Source of the DNA: Flavobacteriaceae bacterium
GTDB taxonomy: Bacteria; Bacteroidota; Bacteroidia; Flavobacteriales; Flavobacteriaceae
Assembly: GCA_965224465.1 (NCBI GenBank)
Contig: OZ245049.1
Location: forward strand, 3,185,895 to 3,249,894
Reading direction: 5' to 3'
DNA: 64,000 nt
Numbering within the stretch: the stretch's first letter is position 1; the number at the start of each line of letters is the position of its first letter. This document shows, piece by piece, positions 28,180 through 37,741 of the stretch. The notes below the pieces were generated by a model that saw only the letters and a list, made by a program, of their open reading frames with translations, made no database searches and was not told the DNA's origin. Made by a program: the position numbers and the translations under genes.

Positions 28180-29937
28180 TTATGTAGTTTTTATATTTAA
28201 TTGTAAGCTTAGTTCTTTTAGTTGATCTTCTGCTATTTTTGATGGAGCGTCAATCATTACATCTCTTCCACTGTTGTTTTTAGGGAAAGCTATAAAATCT
28301 CTAATGGTCTCTTGACCTCCTAAAATAGCAACCAATCTGTCCAGTCCAAAAGCCAAACCACCGTGTGGCGGTGCTCCATAAGTAAAGGCATTCATTAAAA
28401 AACCAAATTGCTCTTGTGCTTCTTCAGGAGAAAACCCTAAGTATTTGAACATCATTGCTTGCGTGTCTTTATCAAAAATCCTGATAGATCCTCCTCCAAT
28501 TTCGTTACCGTTTAATACCAAATCGTAGGCATTTGCTCTTACTTTTCCAGGGTCTGTTGCTAATAAGTGCATATCTTCTGGTTTTGGTGATGTAAATGGA
28601 TGGTGCATGGCGTGGTAGCGTTTGCTTTCTTCATCCCATTCTAACAACGGAAAGTCTACGACCCATAAAGGTGCAAATTCATCTGGTTTGCGCAGGCCTA
28701 GCGTTTCTGCCATTTCCATACGTAAAGCACTCATTTGACTGCGAACTTTGTCCGTTTCGCCACACATTACTAAAATTAAATCACCTGGTTTAGCACCCGT
28801 AGCATCTGCCCATTTTTGTAAATCTTCTTGCGTAAAGAATTTATCTACAGAAGATTTAAATGTTCCGTCTGCTAAATATTTAGCAAAGATCAAACCGCTA
28901 GCTCCTACCTGTGGTCTTTTTACCCATTTGATTAATTTGTCGGTTTGTTTTCTTGAATAATCAGCACATCCAGGAACCGCAATACCAATTACCATTTCTT
29001 GACTGTCAAAAACGGCAAAGTCTTTTCCTTGTGTAATATTGTTGATTTCGGAAAACTCCATTCCAAAACGAATGTCTGGTTTGTCGTTTCCGTATTTTTT
29101 TAAGGCATCCGCATAGGTCATTCTTGGGAATTCTGCTACGTCTACATTTTTTAACTCTTTTAATAAGTGGCGTGTCAACCCTTCAAATACTTTTAAGATG
29201 TCCTCTTGGTCTACAAAGGCCATTTCGCAGTCTATTTGTGTGAATTCTGGTTGTCTGTCTGCACGTAGATCCTCGTCTCTAAAACATTTTACAATCTGGA
29301 AATACTTGTCCATTCCACCTATCATTAACAATTGTTTAAAGGTTTGTGGTGATTGTGGTAAGGCGTAAAACTGACCTTGATTCATACGGCTTGGCACTAC
29401 AAAATCTCGTGCCCCTTCTGGAGTAGATTTAATCAAATAAGGAGTCTCAATTTCGATAAACTCTTGATCTGATAAATATTTACGAACCTCCATTGCCACT
29501 TTATGGCGGAAAATAAGATTATTTTTTACAGGGTTTCTTCGGATGTCTAAATACCTGTATTTCATACGGATATCTTCTCCTCCGTCTGTTTTGTCCTCAA
29601 TCGTAAATGGAGGAGTTACAGATTTGTTTAATACAGTAATCTTTGATGCTAGAATTTCAATAGCTCCTGTTGGCATTTTATCATTCTTAGCCACACGTTC
29701 AATAACTTCACCAGTCACTTGAATTACAAATTCACGTCCTAAGTCTTTTACTTGATCAATAAGTGCTTTATCACTGCGTTCTTCATCAATTATAATTTGA
29801 GTAATCCCATAACGATCACGTAGATCTATCCAAATCATAAATCCTTTGTCTCGTATTTTTTGTACCCAACCAGAAAGTATCACTTCTTGTCCTTTATGCG
29901 CTATTCGTAATTCTCCGTTCGTATGACTTCTGTACAT
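28180..29937 (-). CDS. aspS: aspartate--tRNA ligase
   Basis: 585 aa class II aaRS with an N-terminal anticodon-binding OB fold and FRDEDLR / GGGSIR motifs. Confidence 0.95.
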   Translation of the reverse strand: MYRSHTNGELRIAHKGQEVILSGWVQKIRDKGFMIWIDLRDRYGITQIIIDEERSDKALIDQVKDLGREFVIQVTGEVIERVAKNDKMPTGAIEILASKITVLNKSVTPPFTIEDKTDGGEDIRMKYRYLDIRRNPVKNNLIFRHKVAMEVRKYLSDQEFIEIETPYLIKSTPEGARDFVVPSRMNQGQFYALPQSPQTFKQLLMIGGMDKYFQIVKCFRDEDLRADRQPEFTQIDCEMAFVDQEDILKVFEGLTRHLLKELKNVDVAEFPRMTYADALKKYGNDKPDIRFGMEFSEINNITQGKDFAVFDSQEMVIGIAVPGCADYSRKQTDKLIKWVKRPQVGASGLIFAKYLADGTFKSSVDKFFTQEDLQKWADATGAKPGDLILVMCGETDKVRSQMSALRMEMAETLGLRKPDEFAPLWVVDFPLLEWDEESKRYHAMHHPFTSPKPEDMHLLATDPGKVRANAYDLVLNGNEIGGGSIRIFDKDTQAMMFKYLGFSPEEAQEQFGFLMNAFTYGAPPHGGLAFGLDRLVAILGGQETIRDFIAFPKNNSGRDVMIDAPSKIAEDQLKELSLQLNIKTT

Positions 29938-30131
29938 TTTGTAAATTTTTGTTGCAAATTTAAGGAAATCCTACGTATCTGTGCTTTTTTTTTAAGGGAA
30001 TGTCTTGTGTCTATATTTAGTTTGGCTATAAAAATCATTGAGAGTGCTTAAATTAGCGGCAAAACAATTAAATGGCAAATTCTATTCCTATTGATTAATT
30101 TGTATCTTTGTAATCTAAAATTGTTAAAAGC

Positions 30132-30407
30132 ATGTTTTTATTTATTAGTGGAGCAGAGATTTTTGTGGTCATAGCATTAGCTGTAATGCTTTTTGGAGCC
30201 GACAAATTACCGGAAATTGCACGTGGCTTAGGAAAGGGTATGCGTCAAGTAAAAGATGCTACAAACGATATAAAACGAGAAATTAAAACCAGTGCTAAAG
30301 ATGCAAATTTAGATATTGATGTTGTGACTGATATAAAAGAGCAAGTAAATAAGGTACGTGATAATTTCGAGGATTTTACAGGGCCTATCAAACGTAATTT
30401 TAAATAA
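30132..30407 (+). CDS. tatA: twin-arginine translocase subunit TatA/E
   Basis: 91 aa with an N-terminal TM helix followed by FG..KLPE and an amphipathic helix. Confidence 0.85.
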   Translation: MFLFISGAEIFVVIALAVMLFGADKLPEIARGLGKGMRQVKDATNDIKREIKTSAKDANLDIDVVTDIKEQVNKVRDNFEDFTGPIKRNFK

Positions 30408-30412
30408 TATTT

Positions 30413-30964
30413 TTGTTAGAAAAATTAGAATACTTAGATTCGAATTTACTTATTTTCCTAAATAATTTAGGGAGTCAATTTTGGGACGGTTTTTGGTTAT
30501 TAGTAACAAAGCCTCTTACGTGGTTGCCTGTTTTATTGCTGTTTGTTTTTTTGTGTGTCAAGGCTTTTAAATTCAAACGTGCATTTTTAGTTCTTTTAGC
30601 TATGGGCTTAGGTACTTTTTCCATTTTAACTATTGTCAACTTTATCAAAAACAACGTGCAGCGGTTACGCCCTGTGAACGATGTTTCTATGCATTCGAAA
30701 TTAAGAGTTTTGATAGAACCAACCGATTTTAGTTTTCTTTCAGGACATGCAACCGTTTCGTGTTTTGTAGCGGTGTATTTGTATCTTTTATTTAGAAATT
30801 ATTATAAGTTTCCTTTTCTAGTGTTTGTATTTCCAATTGTTTTTGGATACAGTCGATTGTATTTAGCAGTACATTACCCGAGTGATATTCTTGCAGGAAC
30901 TCTTCTAGGAGGAATTGCAGGGCTGTTTGTATATAAAGGTGTGAAAAGAGTTGTGTTTCGATAA
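30413..30964 (+). CDS. PAP2-family phosphatase
   Basis: KxxxxxxRP-like RLRP, SGH (LSGHATVS) and SR...H acid-phosphatase motifs; TTG start per the ORF track. Confidence 0.7.
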   Translation: MLEKLEYLDSNLLIFLNNLGSQFWDGFWLLVTKPLTWLPVLLLFVFLCVKAFKFKRAFLVLLAMGLGTFSILTIVNFIKNNVQRLRPVNDVSMHSKLRVLIEPTDFSFLSGHATVSCFVAVYLYLLFRNYYKFPFLVFVFPIVFGYSRLYLAVHYPSDILAGTLLGGIAGLFVYKGVKRVVFR

Positions 30965-30984
30965 TAAACAGCGAAGGGCTTATG

Positions 30985-31075
30985 ATACCAATTACAATCC
31001 CAAATGATCGATATAAATAGTTTATTTTACGTTTAGCGTTGTTGAAAAACAGAACACTTTTCTTAGGTTTTTTAT
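30985..31075 (-). repeat. Truncated, degenerate copy of the MITE-like repeat, minus orientation
   Basis: ataccaattacaatcccaaatgatcgatataaatagtttattttacgtttagcgttgttgaaaaacagaac, then decays. It lies just 3' of the PAP2 gene. Confidence 0.6.
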
Positions 31076-31183
31076 GTAGAAGCTCTTACGTGTTATTTTT
31101 GGGTATAAAAAAACTCCCACCTAAGTGAGAGTTTTAATACTGTATTCTATAATCTTTCATCGAAGGTTTAATTCCCCGAGGCT

Positions 31184-32827
31184 TTAGATTTCTTCTGATT
31201 CTTCTGTCTCAGTATCTTTTGTGATTACGGTTGGAATTTCTTTTTTTATGTTTTCACCTTTTAAGTAGTTTGGCAATTGCATTCCTGCCATATCAAACAT
31301 TTCTTGCAGTGGAGGTACAGATTTGTACATACCAGAAATAAAGTTAGAGGTGGCTGTTTTTCCATCTTTTCCTCCTCCGTTTTCCCAAACAGTAATCTTG
31401 TCAATTTTAATATTTTTGATAGCTTCTGCTTGTGTTTTTACAAGTTCAGGTAATTTGTCAGCAACCAATAATAGTACGGCATCTTTAGGACTGTTTCCAG
31501 ATGCTTTTACAATACGGTCAAAACCTTCCGCTTGCTTGGTCAATATTTCAAAGATACCTTTTGCTTCCGCTTCTTTTTTCATAAAGATGGCATCTGCTTC
31601 TCCTTTGGCAATCCTTCTAATTTGTTCTGCCTCAGCCTCTGCGTCAATTTCTACTTTTCGCTTGCTTATTTGTGCAGGTACTATAATATCTGCTCCTTGT
31701 TCTGCTTCTTTTCGTTTTGCTCTAGCTTCTTCTGCTATTTTTTCTGCTGCATAGGCTTCTTCTAATGCTTTGGCTGCCTGAACTTTTTCTGCTGAAATGG
31801 CGCGTTTGTCTGCCTCTGCTTCTCGTTCTCTTCTCAAGGCATCGGATTCGGCAATTTCTATTTTAGAAATATTTTCTCCTTCAATAGCCTTGGCGTTTGC
31901 ATTGGCGGTTTTTACACGTTCTCTTTGTTTTGCATCTGCTTCACCAATTTTTGCTAGTGCATCGGCATTGGCTGTTTGTACGCGTTCGTTTTGTTCTGCG
32001 TTTGCTTCTCCAATCACGGCGGTAGCATTCATTGATGCGACTTCTACACGTTCTAATTGATTAGCATCTGCTTCCCCGATTTTTGCTTTGGCTACGGCGT
32101 CAGCAACTTTAATTCGTTGATCTTGAACGGCTATAGCCTCTCCAATTGCTCCGTCTCTGTTTTTTTGTGATACAGAAATTTTAGCGTCATTTATGGCTTT
32201 TGCAGCGGCTTCTTTTCCTAAAGCTTCTATATAACCAGATTCATCATGAATATCAGTGATATTTACGTTGATCAGTTTGAGCCCTACTTTTTTTAATTCC
32301 GCTTCTACACTGTTGGTAATATGAGATAAAAACTTATCTCTATCAGAGTTTATTTCTTCAATGTCCATAGAAGCTACGACCAAACGTAATTGACCAAAAA
32401 TAATTTCCTGAGCCAAACTTTCAATATCATCATGAACTAAACCAAGTAAACGTTCTGCTGCATTTTGCATCACGCTAGGTTCTGTAGAGATACCAATGGT
32501 AAATCTAGAAGGTACATTTACACGGATGTTTTGCTTGCTTAAAGCATTGGTTAAATTTACTTCAATAGACATAGGTGTTAAGGTCAAAAAGGCGTAGTCT
32601 TGTATGATAGGCCAAATAAATGCCGCTCCACCATGTACACAACGGGCTGATTTTCCACCGCCAGTTTTTCCGTAGATTACTAATATTTTATCCGAAGGAC
32701 AACGTTTGTAACGTCGCATCATCGAGAATAAAAAGACAACAAAAATTAAAATAATTGCACCCACTAAGGAGACTCCTGTAAGTGCGGAGGATTGCAATGG
32801 TAACATAAGTATATTCATAGTATTCAA
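31184..32827 (-). CDS. flotillin-family (SPFH/band-7) protein
   Basis: 547 aa with an N-terminal TM helix, an SPFH domain and a long Ala/Glu/Lys-rich coiled coil (EAEADKRAISAEKVQAAKALEE...). Confidence 0.85.
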   Translation of the reverse strand: MNTMNILMLPLQSSALTGVSLVGAIILIFVVFLFSMMRRYKRCPSDKILVIYGKTGGGKSARCVHGGAAFIWPIIQDYAFLTLTPMSIEVNLTNALSKQNIRVNVPSRFTIGISTEPSVMQNAAERLLGLVHDDIESLAQEIIFGQLRLVVASMDIEEINSDRDKFLSHITNSVEAELKKVGLKLINVNITDIHDESGYIEALGKEAAAKAINDAKISVSQKNRDGAIGEAIAVQDQRIKVADAVAKAKIGEADANQLERVEVASMNATAVIGEANAEQNERVQTANADALAKIGEADAKQRERVKTANANAKAIEGENISKIEIAESDALRREREAEADKRAISAEKVQAAKALEEAYAAEKIAEEARAKRKEAEQGADIIVPAQISKRKVEIDAEAEAEQIRRIAKGEADAIFMKKEAEAKGIFEILTKQAEGFDRIVKASGNSPKDAVLLLVADKLPELVKTQAEAIKNIKIDKITVWENGGGKDGKTATSNFISGMYKSVPPLQEMFDMAGMQLPNYLKGENIKKEIPTVITKDTETEESEEI

Positions 32828-33403
32828 TTATAATTTTTTGACTAATAATATTTCGGAACTCACTACTTCCACTACCTTAATTACGGTTCCTGTGGCAAGC
32901 TCATCTTCACTGTCGGTTAATGCTTCTAACTCTCGCAAAGCTCCTTGTACTTTGATGGATATTTTCCCTATTTTAGATCGGTTTGCTCCAATGGGTAAAT
33001 AAACCTCTCCAACGGCATCTATAGCGTTATTTATTCTCAAAATTCCGTTTTCTGCCAAGGTACTCATCCAATAAAATAGAGCGGATGTAGCAACCATCAT
33101 TGCCAATCCCGAAGCGGTTGCAATGATTAAGGTGAGCATCGTACTCAGTCCGTTTTCTGCACAAATAATTCCTGTCCAACCGAAAATGGTAAAAAACGCA
33201 ATGGTGTTTTTAAAAGTGAAAAATTGAAATCCTACGCCTCCATCATCTGCCTCAAATTCTGCGGCATCTATTTCTACATCCGAGTCCATATCTCCACCTA
33301 TAAAAGTAGTGATAAAAATAAGGAGAAATATAAACGAGCCGATCAAAGCGACACTCCAATATGCAATCTCTATCTGACTTAAATTATTGTAAAATTCATT
33401 CAT
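32828..33403 (-). CDS. NfeD/YqiJ-like membrane protein, flotillin operon partner
   Basis: 191 aa with 3-4 TM helices and a C-terminal OB-like segment. Its stop is adjacent to the flotillin start. Confidence 0.5.
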   Translation of the reverse strand: MNEFYNNLSQIEIAYWSVALIGSFIFLLIFITTFIGGDMDSDVEIDAAEFEADDGGVGFQFFTFKNTIAFFTIFGWTGIICAENGLSTMLTLIIATASGLAMMVATSALFYWMSTLAENGILRINNAIDAVGEVYLPIGANRSKIGKISIKVQGALRELEALTDSEDELATGTVIKVVEVVSSEILLVKKL

Positions 33404-33710
33404 GATTTTATGTTTTTGGTCTTTGTAAACGAATGGATCAATAGGGTGTTTATTTACAGCATTCTATTGATTAGTAGCGTTACATTTTAATTTGTTACAA
33501 AAAAGACCTTGTTCTTGACATTTTGAGTACAAGGTAGTCATTATTTATGGAGACATGTTGTTTTTTTTCTTGAATAGGCTTCCATTTCTATGCTATATAA
33601 ATTCGATATTCTTATAATTATTGCTGTTTTGTTGCTGTTTTTATGTAACTTTATTGTTTATTAACTCAAATCTTGTGCATTTTACTGCCTAAGAGAACAT
33701 TTAGAATCCA

Positions 33711-34724
33711 ATGAAAATTAGTTTACATTCTTTTGAATTAGCTTTACAGCATCCTTTTACTATTTCTAGACGGACATTTAATACCCAGTCGTCCTTAGTA
33801 TTAGAGTTACAGTATAATGGTTTTTCTGGTTTTGGAGAGGCCACTTCAAATCCTTATTATAATTGTACCGTAGAGACTATGCGTAGTGATTTGGAAGCGG
33901 TTCGCGAGCTCGTGGAAAGGTCTCATTTAGAACTCATACCTTCTGAATTTTGGAAACAAGCCAAAGGGCTGTTAAAAAATAGTATGTTTGCTTTGTGTGC
34001 ATTGGATCAGGCTTATCACGATTTGTATGCAAGGAGTAAGGGTATGAAATTGTACGAATTTTGGGGTTATTCTATTGATAAGAATCCACAGACTGATTTT
34101 ACAATAGGTATCGATAGCATTGAAAAGATGTGTTCTAAAATGACAGAAGTTACGTGGCCTATTTATAAAATAAAATTAGGAACAAAGGAGGATATTGCCA
34201 TTGTTAAAGCACTTCGAAAACATACAGATGCTGTTTTTAGAATTGATGCCAATTGTGGATGGACTGCGGATGAGACGATTGAAAACGCAAAAATCTTAAA
34301 GACCTTGGGTGTTGAGTTTCTAGAGCAACCGCTTCCTGCAGATGATTGGGAAGGAGCTAAAAAAGTATTTGAGCATTCCGTATTGCCGATTGTAGCCGAT
34401 GAGAGTTGTATTGTAGAAACAGATGTTGAAAAGTGCGCTGGGTATTTTCATGGTGTAAACATAAAATTGATGAAGTGTGGAGGGCTCACACCTGCACGTA
34501 GGATGTTAAAAAAAGCAAGGGATTTAGGATTAAAAACTATGGTGGGCTGTATGACGGAATCTACCGTTGGAATATCAGCTATTGCACATTTATTGCCTGA
34601 GTTGGATTACGTAGATATGGATGGGCCTTTATTATTGGCTCAAGACATTGCGAAAGGAGTGCGAATAGAGAATGGAAACATTATATATGCCGATGGGAAT
34701 GGGACAGGAGTAGAATTGTTGTAA
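33711..34724 (+). CDS. dipeptide epimerase (enolase superfamily, MR/MLE type)
   Basis: 337 aa with the pattern KIKLG...IDANCGW...EQP...ADES...KLMKCGG, giving catalytic Lys and metal ligands. Confidence 0.7.
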   Translation: MKISLHSFELALQHPFTISRRTFNTQSSLVLELQYNGFSGFGEATSNPYYNCTVETMRSDLEAVRELVERSHLELIPSEFWKQAKGLLKNSMFALCALDQAYHDLYARSKGMKLYEFWGYSIDKNPQTDFTIGIDSIEKMCSKMTEVTWPIYKIKLGTKEDIAIVKALRKHTDAVFRIDANCGWTADETIENAKILKTLGVEFLEQPLPADDWEGAKKVFEHSVLPIVADESCIVETDVEKCAGYFHGVNIKLMKCGGLTPARRMLKKARDLGLKTMVGCMTESTVGISAIAHLLPELDYVDMDGPLLLAQDIAKGVRIENGNIIYADGNGTGVELL

Positions 34725-34800
34725 ATCAAATGTATCTCAAAATAAAAGTTGAGAGAGTAGATGCACTTATTAAATATAGTGGAAGTATTCTCTGTATGTG

Positions 34801-35472
34801 TTATTCTACTTTCTCAATCATGTTATTAATGTCTAATTTGTATTTAGGTAAAAAGCCTTTTAGAATTAAAACTACGCCAAAAATCACGAGGATAATTCCC
34901 ATAGTACGCTGTATTTTATGAATCACTTTGGAGGTTAATCGTTTTTTGAGCTGTTTTGCCAATAGTATTTTTCCTAGATCTGTAAGGAAATAACTGAGTA
35001 GAATTACGCCAAAATAATTAAATATTTTTCCCGAATCCATGTCTAATTCTGGTCCTACAACCAAAATCATTCCTAGCCAAAAAGCCAAGACTCCTATATT
35101 GATAAAGTTGAGTAAAAATCCTTTTAATAGCAATCCAAAATAATTTGATTTCTCAGGGACTTCTACAGCCTTGTTATCGTTGGGTTTTTCCTTTTTAGAA
35201 AAATAGGTAACGAGTCCATAAACAACCAATATAATACCGCCTATAAAGAATAAGCGTGGGTCGTCTTTTATTTTTTCTAGCAGGGTTCTACTTCCGAAAT
35301 AAGCAATTAAAATAAAGGAAATATCACCTAGAACAACGCCTATATCAAATACAATCGCTGCTCGGGCACCTTTGATAATACTCGTTTGAAGTAGGGTGAA
35401 AAATACAGGGCCAATCATAAACGAAAGGAAAAAACCAATAAAAATAGCATCTTTTAACTCAAGTAAACTCAT
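34801..35472 (-). CDS. LysE/RhtB-family amino acid exporter
   Basis: 223 aa with 6 TM helices and an N-terminal GPVFF-like motif. Confidence 0.75.
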   Translation of the reverse strand: MSLLELKDAIFIGFFLSFMIGPVFFTLLQTSIIKGARAAIVFDIGVVLGDISFILIAYFGSRTLLEKIKDDPRLFFIGGIILVVYGLVTYFSKKEKPNDNKAVEVPEKSNYFGLLLKGFLLNFINIGVLAFWLGMILVVGPELDMDSGKIFNYFGVILLSYFLTDLGKILLAKQLKKRLTSKVIHKIQRTMGIILVIFGVVLILKGFLPKYKLDINNMIEKVE

Positions 35473-35525
35473 AGTATATTTTTGTGATGGTGAAAGTACT
35501 GCTTTTCCACCACATAAGGGATTTA

Positions 35526-35692
35526 CACCAATAATTACAATCCAAAATGACCGATATAAATGGTTTGTTTTACGTTCTAGCGTTGTTAAAAAATAGAACG
35601 ATAGCTATCCTTAGATTTTTCGCCTAGCTAAAACAAAAAATAATTACATTTCTAAACCTTCACTTGGAAATGTATTTGGTATTAGTGGCTTC
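35526..35692 (-). repeat. MITE-like repeat copy H (minus orientation)
   Basis: Reverse complement of the family consensus, with a GATAGCTATC core palindrome. It lies between the LysE gene and the PadR gene. Confidence 0.8.
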
Positions 35693-35814
35693 TAATCTCT
35701 GTTTTGTACCACGCAACAACGGTTTGTGTGTCTTGGCTAATACATGTAATATACATAATATTATTATGCATAAGAAAATTATGTATATATTTACAAAATA
35801 AGAATAGACGAAAT

Positions 35815-36165
35815 ATGGGGAATCAAAAATTATATAAAGGCTCGTTACAAACAATCATTTTAAAACTATTATCAGAAAATGATAAGATGTACGGCTACGA
35901 AATCACGCAAAAGGTAAAGGCATTAACCAAAGGTGAATTACAAATTACCGAGGGCGCTTTGTATCCAGCTTTGCATAAGTTGGAAGCCGAAGGGTTATTG
36001 GATGCAGAAGTGGAGAGAGTAGATAATAGGTTGCGAAAATATTACAAACTTACAGAAAGTGGCACCAAGGAAACGGTGAATCGCTTGGTGCAATTAGAGG
36101 AGTTTATCCAAACCATGCAGCATTTGTTACATCCTAAACTTATACCAACCTACAATCCAAAATAA
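35815..36165 (+). CDS. PadR-family transcriptional regulator
   Basis: Winged-helix PadR motifs (YGYEI...GALYPALHKLE). Start chosen at the in-frame ATG at 35815. The last 8 codons are encoded by MITE-like copy I. Confidence 0.8.
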   Translation: MGNQKLYKGSLQTIILKLLSENDKMYGYEITQKVKALTKGELQITEGALYPALHKLEAEGLLDAEVERVDNRLRKYYKLTESGTKETVNRLVQLEEFIQTMQHLLHPKLIPTYNPK

Positions 36166-36302
36166 CCGATACAAATAGTTTATTTTACGTTTTAGCGTTG
36201 TTAAAAAATAGAACGATTGCTAAGCTATCCTTAGGTTTTTTTGCCAGCTAAAACAAAAAATAATTACATTTCTAAACCTTCACTTGGAAATGTATTTGGT
36301 AT
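36142..36302 (-). repeat. MITE-like repeat copy I (minus orientation), overlapping the PadR 3' end
   Basis: ataccaacctacaatccaaaataaccgat ... cacttggaaatgtatttggtat. Confidence 0.8.
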
Positions 36303-36318
36303 TACTTAATTTTTTACT

Positions 36319-36984
36319 ATGAAAAAGATGAAATTCACTAAACAGGAAATAAATGAGGTCTCCAAATATTTGGATAAAAAAGAGCTGTATTATGCGGACT
36401 TACGATATGAAATACTGGACCATATACTCTTAGATATTGAACATGAAATAACCGTAGAAAAGGTGTCTTTTGATGAAGCTTTTGAAAATTCTTGTGATAA
36501 ATGGAAGGGGAGTTTTTATAGAGAAAGTTCTTATTGGTTAGGTATAATGTATAGAGGTCCAAGAATATTTATTGATCGGTGTGTTAAAATACAAAGACCG
36601 TTTTTGATGCTGTTTTTTGTTTCATTCTTGTTTTTTGCAATACTTTCTTTTTTGATAAAACCTGTAATGGACTTTGAATTATTGTTTTATTTTACTTTAG
36701 GAGTTTCTCCTATTTATATAAGCTGTGTTTTGTATTGGTGGATAAAAATAAAAATTTCAAGAACAAAAACCTCTTTTAGTTTTTTGTTTTATAGATATAT
36801 TGTTATAAATTTTCTAATGAATTTTATTGTTTTAAATCAGCTTTATGAAACTCAGGCAGGAGAATTAAATTTAGCTGATTTTTACTATTTAATTTTTGGT
36901 TTTAATGTGCTCTATCATGGTTATTATTTATATAAAAACCATCAGAGGGAAGTGTTGCAATTAAAAAAATATAAGGACTTATGA
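36319..36984 (+). CDS. PadR-associated membrane protein with an N-terminal helical cytoplasmic domain (HAAS/DUF1700-like)
   Basis: 221 aa. N-terminal about 90 aa is soluble helical (EILDHILLDIEHE), followed by 3-4 TM helices. Typical partner of PadR regulators. Confidence 0.45.
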   Translation: MKKMKFTKQEINEVSKYLDKKELYYADLRYEILDHILLDIEHEITVEKVSFDEAFENSCDKWKGSFYRESSYWLGIMYRGPRIFIDRCVKIQRPFLMLFFVSFLFFAILSFLIKPVMDFELLFYFTLGVSPIYISCVLYWWIKIKISRTKTSFSFLFYRYIVINFLMNFIVLNQLYETQAGELNLADFYYLIFGFNVLYHGYYLYKNHQREVLQLKKYKDL

Positions 36985-37682
36985 TTCCACAAAAGATAAC
37001 AGAGATAGAACTAGAAGAACTCTACAAATTTACGAGGAAACACTTTGTGGAGCATTATGATGTGCAAACCGAGTTGGTAGACCATTTAGCCAATGATATA
37101 GAACAACTATGGCAGGAAAAACCATGTTTATCATTTGAGGAAGCGCGGGTTATTTCCTTTAAAAAGTTTGGGGTGTTTGGCTTTCTGGAAGTGGTAGAAT
37201 CTCAGTCCAAAGCCATGAGTAGAAAATATTATAAAATTATGTTTTCTATTTTGAAGGATTTTTTTAGACTTCCTCAAATTTTGATTACACTTGCTGTTTT
37301 CGGTGTTGTTTTTGGTGCTTTAACGCGATTTTCTTCGCATCAATCCTATACAATAACAGCGTTATTTTTGTTAGTTATATTGGTAATGATAGTTCGTTTG
37401 TTTGAATTGCGTAATATAAAGAAAAGAAGACGTAAATCCTCTGGGAAAAAATGGATGTTTGAAGAGATGATTTTGAATACAGGCGGATTTGCTTCATTTT
37501 CATACCTACCGCTTCAATTTATTTCGACTTCTGATGGAAGTCATGGGGTTTACTGGATGGTTTTTATGAGTAGTTTTTTTACGGTTTTTATGATTGTAAA
37601 TTATATAGTTGCCTTTATCATCCCTTCAAAAATGGAAGAATTGTTAGCCGCACAATACCCAGCATATAAAATAAAGTCTTAA
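36981..37682 (+). CDS. Paralogous PadR-associated membrane protein
   Basis: 233 aa with the same architecture and a related N-terminus (ELVDHLANDIEQ). 4-bp overlap with the upstream gene. Confidence 0.45.
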   Translation: MIPQKITEIELEELYKFTRKHFVEHYDVQTELVDHLANDIEQLWQEKPCLSFEEARVISFKKFGVFGFLEVVESQSKAMSRKYYKIMFSILKDFFRLPQILITLAVFGVVFGALTRFSSHQSYTITALFLLVILVMIVRLFELRNIKKRRRKSSGKKWMFEEMILNTGGFASFSYLPLQFISTSDGSHGVYWMVFMSSFFTVFMIVNYIVAFIIPSKMEELLAAQYPAYKIKS

Positions 37683-37741
37683 TTGTGTAACATTTTTATC
37701 TTAATGATTACTAATATTTTATTAAGTCTAAAATTTATCCA

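Noticed and set aside
31323-32060. Three plus-strand ORFs (143, 77 and 87 aa), Ala/Ser/Phe-rich, inside the flotillin gene.
   Set aside because: They are antisense reading frames through the repetitive Ala/Glu/Lys coiled-coil codons of the flotillin gene; low-complexity mirror artefacts.
35704-35814. The ORF track starts the PadR reading frame at 35704 (MYHATTVCVSWLI...).
   Set aside because: The upstream 37 codons are hydrophobic nonsense lying in AT-rich promoter-like sequence. The in-frame ATG at 35815 gives a canonical about 116-aa PadR beginning MGNQKLYKGSLQTIILKLL.
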